Both the position numbers and the translations under genes were made by a program. From NCBI GenBank assembly GCA_050250255.1, contig JBFWOZ010000011.1, positions 1 to 64,000 of the forward strand: a DNA stretch of 64,000 bases. Direction: 5' to 3'. The notes beneath the pieces are model-generated. The model ran no database searches. It had not been told where the DNA came from and saw nothing but the letters and a program-made list of their open reading frames with translations. Shown here piece after piece: positions 57,044 through 64,000 of this stretch. Position 1 is the stretch's first letter. Each line of letters begins with the position of its first letter. Source of the DNA: Bdellovibrionales bacterium. GTDB taxonomy: Bacteria > Bdellovibrionota > Bdellovibrionia > Bdellovibrionales > DASUEL01.

Positions 57044-57508
57044 ATGAAAAATTATCTCGCAATTCTGTTTTTGTTTTTAGCTAGTGCCTGTGCAAGCCCT
57101 CGTCACTATGATTCTGGAGCGCAAGAAGCTCCCTATCATGAGGCTGGACACTCACCTATCATATTCTCTGATACCACGAACCCTAATGCAGCTCTCATCC
57201 AAGCAACCTATGCAGTCATGTTTAGTAGCGATTATTACACCTCTTCAAAAATCGGTGGAGATTGTAAGTTTAAAAACGCAAAATCCTCACTCCCTTTCCC
57301 TTGTCGAAACGTCAAATTGATCTTGAGAAATAGCGATGGCACAGAAGTCTCACGAGCACAAACCAACGAAAATGGAGCTTTTATGTTTGCCTCAGAGAAA
57401 GACAAAAAATATTTTATCGAAATCTTAGGTGCAAAAAGTTACGAAGGCTCTCGTACAGGAACCCTTACCAGAGGGCAGAAAATCATCATAGAAATCGCTC
57501 TCAAGTAA
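57044..57508 (+). CDS. hypothetical lipoprotein with Ig/transthyretin-like (carboxypeptidase-regulatory-like) domain
   Basis: Lipobox ASAC; QTNENGAFMF motif. Confidence 0.7.
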   Translation: MKNYLAILFLFLASACASPRHYDSGAQEAPYHEAGHSPIIFSDTTNPNAALIQATYAVMFSSDYYTSSKIGGDCKFKNAKSSLPFPCRNVKLILRNSDGTEVSRAQTNENGAFMFASEKDKKYFIEILGAKSYEGSRTGTLTRGQKIIIEIALK

Positions 57509-57647
57509 CTCTTCCTCACTGCGTTGGTCATGTGGTCTACGGCTGGATCACTGGGTCATTCTGTTGAGCACCTACAAAGGTCCAGCTAACACAAAAGGAA
57601 TTCAAGCACTGCTTTATTTACAGCTAAAAAGCATTGAGAATGAATTC

Positions 57648-58406
57648 ATGGGTAAAGGCTTAGCAGATAAAAAAATTGTTCTGATCGCGGTTGCAGATAA
57701 AGAACAAAAAGAGAGGATCACGACCCTTGTTTCAGAACACGTGAGCAAATGCCAGTTCTATTACGCGAGTGACGGTTCCGAAACCCTTTCAAAAATTGAT
57801 AACGATCCACCTGACATCTTAATCGTAGATGAGCATCTCTCTCGCTTTAGCGGAATCCAAATCACCGAAAAAATATTAGAGAAAAAGAATAGCCAAATCG
57901 GTGTCATCATTTTATCGCAAATACCCGAGCAAGATCGCTTTGTAGATGAAGTTGTTATCGGGCAAATCCAATTTGCTTCGAATTTTCAAGAGAACGCCTC
58001 CAAAATCCTCAACCGTGTTTTAAACTACATCTCGTACGGAGACAAAGCAGAGTTTCGTCTGTGCTATCTTTCGCCCAAAGAACTTCTCATGCGTGAAGGT
58101 GATAAGGCCGAATTTGTTTACATTCTTAAAAAGGGAAGCCTACAGGCCGTCGTAAAAAGACAAGATAAAAATATTCTCCTTGGAAATATTGAGCCGGGAG
58201 AATTTGTAGGCGAAATGTCTTACATCAACGGTGAAATGCGAAATGCCAGCATCATTGCGCTTTCTGACTGCGAATTGATTGAAATTCCCATCGACCAAAT
58301 GGACCACTTGCTTTTTCAAAAGCCCGCATGGGCACGTGCACTTTTAAAAACTCTTTCCAAAAGAGTGAAGGTGAATAACGAAAAACTGGCCGTCACCGTA
58401 AGCTGA
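57648..58406 (+). CDS. receiver + cyclic-nucleotide-binding domain protein
   Basis: PDILIVD receiver; LMREGD, GEFVGEMS, RNAS cNMP motifs. Confidence 0.85.
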   Translation: MGKGLADKKIVLIAVADKEQKERITTLVSEHVSKCQFYYASDGSETLSKIDNDPPDILIVDEHLSRFSGIQITEKILEKKNSQIGVIILSQIPEQDRFVDEVVIGQIQFASNFQENASKILNRVLNYISYGDKAEFRLCYLSPKELLMREGDKAEFVYILKKGSLQAVVKRQDKNILLGNIEPGEFVGEMSYINGEMRNASIIALSDCELIEIPIDQMDHLLFQKPAWARALLKTLSKRVKVNNEKLAVTVS

Positions 58407-58455
58407 CGGGTCATTTTTCGGGTGTCACGACTCGATCCTTAGTAGACGTTCGGCT

Positions 58456-60342
58456 TTATCTCTGTCCTTTAGAACCAGTTGGTGTCACCGCTCCCGTAAC
58501 GTTGGAATCCTTCAAACGAGTAACCTTGCCAACATGTGCTCGACTCACTTCTAATTCAAAGGCTTCATTTATTTGATAATCATGAAATAAATCTTCAGCA
58601 AACAAATCTAAATCATATGAGTGTTTTTTGTCTCTATAGACATATTCAATTTTTACTTTGTAACTAGAGGTTTTTTCCGTTTTTTGATTTGCCCCTGGAT
58701 GAAATGATTGAGGCCAAGGAAGCGGCCTATGATCCTGTTCATTACCACTTACCGTTCGGCTATTGACAGCACTCCATACATAAGTTTCATAGGAGCATTT
58801 CGTATCGTAAACAGGTTCGTCACAATACTTTGTTTGAATTTCGGTAGTATCAGGTGCACAGCTTTCCGTGAAGCTACCATTTCCATTATCTGCATAAGTA
58901 CATGTACCTTTGATCGTATGTATTTCTGTCCCGCAAGCAACTTGCACTGTGGATCTTTGAGCTTGATGACAACCATGGACATTGAACGCGCCGGGGTGTT
59001 CCCCGCGTCCATTGACCGGCATAATTGGAGAGCTTTCATGAATTTGATCTTCCCAGGCCGTGCGTGTTACGCTTTTAAACTCTAAAAGAGCTTCTGTGTG
59101 TGACCATGATTTTGAAACAAGTTGTCCCTGCACAATAGAAGTTTTGAAAAGAAAGTAAGCACCACCGGCAACGGCAGCAACTCCTGCTCCCCCTACCAGC
59201 ATTTGAGTTTTTGTTAGACCACTAGGTGTAAGAGAGCGCTCGGGAGAGGTGCTGTCTGCACGAACCTTGGGGCGCTCTTTTGTATGAGGCGCTCCACAGG
59301 ATCCACATTTATGATGAATTGCTTTATTGGAGGTGCCACAGGAAGTACAGGACCAATCTTTCCCTCCATTTGCGACCTTCTTTTCTGCTTCACCACGAAC
59401 ATCATTTGTATCATCAATAATTCGACCCTTAGAATCTCGTGGACCATCATCTAAATAATGTTTTGTACCGGCAGGTTTGCCTTTTCCACAATTCGTACAA
59501 GAAGCATTGGTTTCACCTTGCGCTGGTCGTGCCGATATTTTTTTAGTTCCACAACTTGGACAATCCCAAAAACCCCAAATTTGTCGAGACCCTGATTGCA
59601 TCATGACGCTAGAGAGTGCCCCCATTGCTGCAGACTCTTGAACCATAGCATTGGCAATCGAAGCTAATCCCTCTGCGCTCACCGCATACGACGACGCACC
59701 AGCAAATGCGAGAGCACCCTGAGCGTTAATAGTCATAGTACTTTGAGATGCCGATTTGAGCGCGCTACTGACTGAAGAAATCGTTTTTGGTGCTGGCGCA
59801 AGGAGAATGGCCGTGTTCGTTATAAAACGCCCAGCCCGCTCTGGATCGCCAGATAATAATTCGTTAAGAGTAGATTCAAAAACAGCTCTAGGGATCTCTT
59901 TAACAGTAGCGCCCCATCCTTGTTCTTTGACGGCCTGATATAATCCAGATTTTGGTATATACACTTTTGCGTCATGAGCGGCTTTAGCGCTACCGAATAA
60001 AATTTTAGCACCTGTGACTGTAGCTACTGCCGTATCAAAAAGGGAATAACAGAGTTCGCGTGCCGTATCCACAGCAGCTCCTATCATACCCTTTGCGCAC
60101 GCTACTAAGTTCTTTGGACTTCCTTTTACAATATTAACGGGCAGATCAATAACATAGGTCTTGGCCTGATCCATGAGTACAATTCGCTTAATTTGTGACT
60201 GTTCCTTTTGAAGCCGCTTTAAAACGGCTTGAATTTGGGCTTGGCGTTCTGGATTTATCTCTTGAGCTACAGAAGCGTTATGAGAAAAGAGGGTGACAAA
60301 AATTGCTAAACAGCTGAACTGCTTGAGACACTTTAAAATCAT
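58456..60342 (-). CDS. exported/membrane protein with two RanBP2-like Zn ribbons, a TM helix and a Cys-rich C-terminal domain
   Basis: Signal peptide; WDCPSCG...CTNCG and WSCTSCG...CGSCG; VGGAGVAAVAGGAYFLF TM; DNGNG, EPVY motifs. Confidence 0.75.
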   Translation of the reverse strand: MILKCLKQFSCLAIFVTLFSHNASVAQEINPERQAQIQAVLKRLQKEQSQIKRIVLMDQAKTYVIDLPVNIVKGSPKNLVACAKGMIGAAVDTARELCYSLFDTAVATVTGAKILFGSAKAAHDAKVYIPKSGLYQAVKEQGWGATVKEIPRAVFESTLNELLSGDPERAGRFITNTAILLAPAPKTISSVSSALKSASQSTMTINAQGALAFAGASSYAVSAEGLASIANAMVQESAAMGALSSVMMQSGSRQIWGFWDCPSCGTKKISARPAQGETNASCTNCGKGKPAGTKHYLDDGPRDSKGRIIDDTNDVRGEAEKKVANGGKDWSCTSCGTSNKAIHHKCGSCGAPHTKERPKVRADSTSPERSLTPSGLTKTQMLVGGAGVAAVAGGAYFLFKTSIVQGQLVSKSWSHTEALLEFKSVTRTAWEDQIHESSPIMPVNGRGEHPGAFNVHGCHQAQRSTVQVACGTEIHTIKGTCTYADNGNGSFTESCAPDTTEIQTKYCDEPVYDTKCSYETYVWSAVNSRTVSGNEQDHRPLPWPQSFHPGANQKTEKTSSYKVKIEYVYRDKKHSYDLDLFAEDLFHDYQINEAFELEVSRAHVGKVTRLKDSNVTGAVTPTGSKGQR

Positions 60343-60415
60343 TTTATGAACTCCAGGCTATTGTTCGAAGGACTATCCACTTAGGAGTTCAAAAAAAGGA
60401 CCACAAAAGCGTTGG

Positions 60416-61972
60416 TTATTTCACAAACTGCGAGCGGATTCTTAGAAAATCTTTTTGAAATTTTTCTGCCTGCGCCTTGTCGCCCTGAGCTTCATAGATA
60501 CGGGCCAACACTTCGTAGGATTGATAAAACTGTGAATTGATTTGAATCGCTCTATCTAAGTGTTCAACCGCTTTAGGAATTTTCTCCAGTCGCAAAAATA
60601 CAAGTGCTAAATTGTGATGCGTTTGGGGATATTCATCAGAGACCGAAATTGCTTTTTCATAAGTGCGAATGGCTTTCTCAAATTCTCCCTGATCGGCATA
60701 AGCCATCGCCAAGTTATTATGAACCCGTGCCGAACCTGTTTGAGAATTTTCCAAAATGTGAGAGTAAAACGTGATCGGGTCACTCCAGAATGTATTTTGC
60801 CTCCAGGTGAGAACCATTTCTACGCACAGAATGATTCCAATAATGGCAATAAACGCTCTTTGAAAACTGAGCTTTCCAAAATAAGTTTTCAAACTTTGAT
60901 AAGCCGTCTCTCCGACGCCTAACAAGAGCCCCACGGTTGGTAAATAGAGCCAGTGATCAAGAAAGAAAGCGTTCATTGGAACGAGAATTCCAGTGTGCGG
61001 GAAATAGGCCATAAAAAACCAGAGGAGACCGAAGGCCAAAGGCAAGATTCCACGCCTTAAATCCCTAAATACTTTCCAAGTTGCAAAGAGTACCAAAGCT
61101 AAACCCAAGAGCACTGGCCAAGTGAAGAACTCTATATAAACCGGAAATTCTTTATCTAAATGAAGTGGTGAAGGATAAAAAAGAATTTTTACGTAAGACG
61201 GCAGAGTCGCCAAGAAAGTATAAACGCGATAAAGAATATTTTCTGTGTAGAGATTGCTCTCTTTGTAAAAATTAAACGTGTTATCAAAATTCAAAAATGT
61301 TTTTCGAGCGAGTAGATAACCTAAAGTAATCAGAAAAAATGGCCATGTTTTTAAATAGGTCTTCACCTTCCAACGCTCGGCACTCACTACAAACAGACAT
61401 AGAAGACTCAAAGGTAAAAAAACGACAGAGGCCTCTTTTGATAAAATGCCAAAGACGTAAATCACACTGGCCCAAACCAAGCGTTTTCCTACTAAAAACC
61501 AAAGCCCCAACAAACAAAAGAAAGCATAGAGTACATCGGCCGTTGCACTCATGTAAGTCACGGCTTCGGTATGCACCGGATGCGCAGCCCACAAAAGAGC
61601 GACCACAAAACAGGCTCGTTGATGAAATCCCAACCGACCGCCTAAAAGAAAAACCATCATGGCATTGAGCGCATGAATGAGAACGTTCAATGCATGAAAG
61701 GCGACCGTTGAAAGACCAAAAAGTTGAAAAACGATGAGATACAACTCGCCCTGTAGCGGCCGATAGAAAGAATCTACCCCCCCCGCACCGGTCGTCGTTG
61801 TACCTTGGAAAATATCAAAGAAGTGACCCCAGGATCGATAGAAGGCATTTTTTACGATGAAAAATTCATCGTCATACAAAAATGTATTCCAATACACATT
61901 GCCGTAGGCCACGACCACAACAAGCCATAGACATAAAATTTCAAACCACTTTTTATTCGCCCGGAAGGACAT
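60416..61972 (-). CDS. TMTC-like GT-C membrane glycosyltransferase with C-terminal TPRs
   Basis: FLYDD, YRPL, FHALNVLIH, HPVHTEAV, SKE, LYLP, then HNNLA TPRs. Confidence 0.85.
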   Translation of the reverse strand: MSFRANKKWFEILCLWLVVVVAYGNVYWNTFLYDDEFFIVKNAFYRSWGHFFDIFQGTTTTGAGGVDSFYRPLQGELYLIVFQLFGLSTVAFHALNVLIHALNAMMVFLLGGRLGFHQRACFVVALLWAAHPVHTEAVTYMSATADVLYAFFCLLGLWFLVGKRLVWASVIYVFGILSKEASVVFLPLSLLCLFVVSAERWKVKTYLKTWPFFLITLGYLLARKTFLNFDNTFNFYKESNLYTENILYRVYTFLATLPSYVKILFYPSPLHLDKEFPVYIEFFTWPVLLGLALVLFATWKVFRDLRRGILPLAFGLLWFFMAYFPHTGILVPMNAFFLDHWLYLPTVGLLLGVGETAYQSLKTYFGKLSFQRAFIAIIGIILCVEMVLTWRQNTFWSDPITFYSHILENSQTGSARVHNNLAMAYADQGEFEKAIRTYEKAISVSDEYPQTHHNLALVFLRLEKIPKAVEHLDRAIQINSQFYQSYEVLARIYEAQGDKAQAEKFQKDFLRIRSQFVK

Positions 61973-62483
61973 AATCTTTCGTCAATGGAAAATAGAAGTC
62001 GGCAGCTTCTTGTACTTCAGGTGAGGTGCTCTCAGGCCATGACCAAATTTCGACACGGCAACCGCGCGATTTTAAAAACCAGATTAGGGGCAGAAAATCT
62101 TTGTCTCCCCCTAAAATAATGCACACATCGAGTTTTTCGGCCATCGTCACCGCATCGATAATCAAAAAACTATCGGCATTTTTTTGCGGTCTTTTGATTT
62201 CTCCGCCAAGACGTGCCCAGAAGGTGGCAAAAGTTTTAGAGATCTCTTTATAGAGAGGTTTGTAATAGAGAATCCTTAGGACTTCGCGATCCCCCACTTG
62301 ATCTAAAATCTTTTTATAGTCCGTTCGCCCCTCATGGTGTTTTAAACCTGAGAGCTCAATATTTTCGGCATCGATAAAAATTCCGACCTTCTGGAAAACC
62401 AGATTTTTTTGTCGGTCAGATTCATGGGGTTTGTTGTCGGCAGGGCGGTCTGTTTTTGGTGGGACTGGGGTTTTGTTTCTCAT
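61953..62483 (-). CDS. NYN-domain (LabA/DUF88, PIN-like) protein
   Basis: IFIDAENI, KNADS, GGDKDFLPL, GCRVE, AADF. Confidence 0.88.
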   Translation of the reverse strand: MRNKTPVPPKTDRPADNKPHESDRQKNLVFQKVGIFIDAENIELSGLKHHEGRTDYKKILDQVGDREVLRILYYKPLYKEISKTFATFWARLGGEIKRPQKNADSFLIIDAVTMAEKLDVCIILGGDKDFLPLIWFLKSRGCRVEIWSWPESTSPEVQEAADFYFPLTKDYVLPGE

Positions 62484-62540
62484 ATATCCTTAAGTGAGAT
62501 CATCTCTAGGTTGAAGGCTTAAGAGCATTAAAGCGGCATT

Positions 62541-62559
62541 GAGAATGAAAGTCATTATG
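62541..62559. promoter_or_regulatory. Fur-box-like operator
   Basis: GAGAATGAAAGTCATTATG matches GATAATGATAATCATTATC at 15/19, next to a TTGACT -35 upstream of fur. Confidence 0.65.
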
Positions 62560-62598
62560 ATCTTGACTAAATAGCTCCCCTGCGCCAAAAAATAGAGC

Positions 62599-63057
62599 AT
62601 GGAACAACTTCAGACTTTCACAACGCATCAAAATATCGACCTTAACCACCTCAAAAAGGTCGTTCGCGCCATTGGACTAAAGGTCACACAACAACGCCTT
62701 TTCATTCTGGAAACAATCCTTAAGGGAAGCATTCACGTGACTGCTCAAGAGGTGTTCGAGTCGGTCCTACGCAAAGCTCCTGACATCGGGTTTGCCACTG
62801 TCTACCGTTTCTTAAGAACTCTTTGTGAGCATGGGTATATGACAGAAGTACGAATGGGTGGACTCCCCGCTCGTTACGAATGGGCCCAGCGTCGCCATCA
62901 CGATCACCTCACCTGCACACGCTGTCGCAAAATTTGTGAATTTGAAAATGAACAAATTGAAAAACTCCAATCCGACATTGCTGAGCAATTTGGTTTTGTT
63001 CTGACCAATCACATTTTAGAACTTTATGGCGTGTGCGCCGAGTGCCGTGGCTCTTAA
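62599..63057 (+). CDS. fur: ferric uptake regulator family
   Basis: GLKVTQQR, ATVYR, HHDHLTCTRC, CAEC. Confidence 0.92.
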   Translation: MEQLQTFTTHQNIDLNHLKKVVRAIGLKVTQQRLFILETILKGSIHVTAQEVFESVLRKAPDIGFATVYRFLRTLCEHGYMTEVRMGGLPARYEWAQRRHHDHLTCTRCRKICEFENEQIEKLQSDIAEQFGFVLTNHILELYGVCAECRGS

Positions 63058-63637
63058 AGCCGTCTTTCTTGATCTCGGAAACGTTGTCTTAGAACTCAAT
63101 ATCCAAGAGGCTTTTGAGGCCCTTGGCATTCGTGATCCCTGGAAAAAACTTTCCGAGTGGAACAAACATCATCTTTACGAAACCGGAAAAATTCCTACCG
63201 ACATCTTCATTGCCGAAACAAAAAAATATTTTAATCTCAATTTAGAAGAAGCCGAGTTTATTTTGAAATGGAATCTCATCGTCAAAGATGTACTTCCCGG
63301 TGTCGCGGATGTGCTTAAAGCTATTCGTAGCCACGTCCCTCTCTATGCCCTTTCCAACACCAACGCTCTTCATCTTGAGCACTACAAAAATATGAAAGGC
63401 ATGGAGCACTTCAATGTTATTTTTGCGAGTCATTTGCTTGGATACAGAAAACCTCAGCGCGAAATCTTTGAGACCGTTCTTTCACGAATTGGAATTGAAC
63501 CCCATGAAGCTCTCTTCGTAGATGATATGCCCGAGAATGTTCAAGCCGCACGCGAAGTCGGACTTCATGCGGAAGTGTGCATGACTTCCAGTGAGCAACT
63601 CCTTAAAATTTTTGAACGCTATCATAAAAAAACATAA
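63047..63637 (+). CDS. HAD-superfamily phosphatase (YihX-like)
   Basis: FLDLGNV, LSNTN, RKP, FVDD; probable GTG start at 63047. Confidence 0.9.
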   Translation: MALKAVFLDLGNVVLELNIQEAFEALGIRDPWKKLSEWNKHHLYETGKIPTDIFIAETKKYFNLNLEEAEFILKWNLIVKDVLPGVADVLKAIRSHVPLYALSNTNALHLEHYKNMKGMEHFNVIFASHLLGYRKPQREIFETVLSRIGIEPHEALFVDDMPENVQAAREVGLHAEVCMTSSEQLLKIFERYHKKT

Positions 63638-63740
63638 ACCGATCGCTACCTCCTAGACCTCCTCCCTCTCAAAAGCCGTTTTACCTTCCGATTTATAAAT
63701 TTATATTATTTAATTAATATAAATAAGGAAACGTCGACAT

Positions 63741-64000
63741 ATGATTAATCCAAGGATGGATGTTCGAGCGACTGTTTTTGGTCTGCTCGCGTGTTCAATG
63801 ACTTTTAATCTTGCTTGCGGCAATACTCATGCGACACCTAATTCCCCCCTCTCCCCCGCCCAAGCACAAAAATCTAATGGTACTCCCACCAAAAAAATTC
63901 CTCTCACGGAATGGCCCAAACTCACGGATGACTTGGATTTCGGGGACTTAAAGACTGCGATCTCAAGACAACTCGAGCGATTTCATAATAAAGATCTTTC
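63741..64000 (+). CDS. lipoprotein, possibly MltA-like; truncated by the window end
   Basis: Open frame from ATG 63741 after AAGGA: lipobox-like NLAC, then WPKLTDDLDFGDLKTAISRQL, resembling the N-terminus of the MltA at 43395. Confidence 0.5.
   Translation, partial: MINPRMDVRATVFGLLACSMTFNLACGNTHATPNSPLSPAQAQKSNGTPTKKIPLTEWPKLTDDLDFGDLKTAISRQLERFHNKDL

Noticed and set aside
47818..60400. Prophage, ICE or defence island
   Set aside because: No integrase, phage structural, conjugation or recognisable defence genes; the tRNA 3' copy is only about 80 bp from the tRNA.
61953..62483. NYN protein as a toxin-antitoxin or defence toxin
   Set aside because: No antitoxin or defence context; stand-alone LabA/DUF88 genes are common.

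Overview
Gene-dense bacterial chromosomal segment. The gene content (TIGR02147-like regulator, receiver-DnaJ-TPR protein, many secreted proteases and lytic transglycosylases, sigma54- and sigma28-like promoters) suggests a predatory Bdellovibrionota-like organism; this is inferred, not searched. From 1 to 47.4 kb the genes are mostly housekeeping and envelope functions: VTC polyphosphate operon, feoAB, an icd-family enzyme, rfbDB, an OmpR-type two-component system, kdsA-lptF, dprA, split comEC, an orphan parA, ald, slt, S8/S1/M28/M10 proteases, lnt, mutS2 and mltA. Several REP/MITE-like palindromes are interspersed. A tRNA-Arg(UCG) at 47741-47817 is followed by about 12.5 kb of accessory, mostly unrecognised genes with no integrase. 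The strongest leads are a ~50-nt sigma54-driven sRNA candidate with a C9 loop (reminiscent of myxobacterial Pxr), a tRNA-derived minihelix-like element with an insert in its T-loop, a composite IHF + 14-bp + -24/-12 promoter shared by two secreted proteases, a membrane LuxR regulator with clustered TATGWC sites, and a chimeric toxin-linker/double Zn-ribbon protein. No CRISPR array, rRNA or intact transposase was seen. All family assignments come from motif recognition, not database searches.
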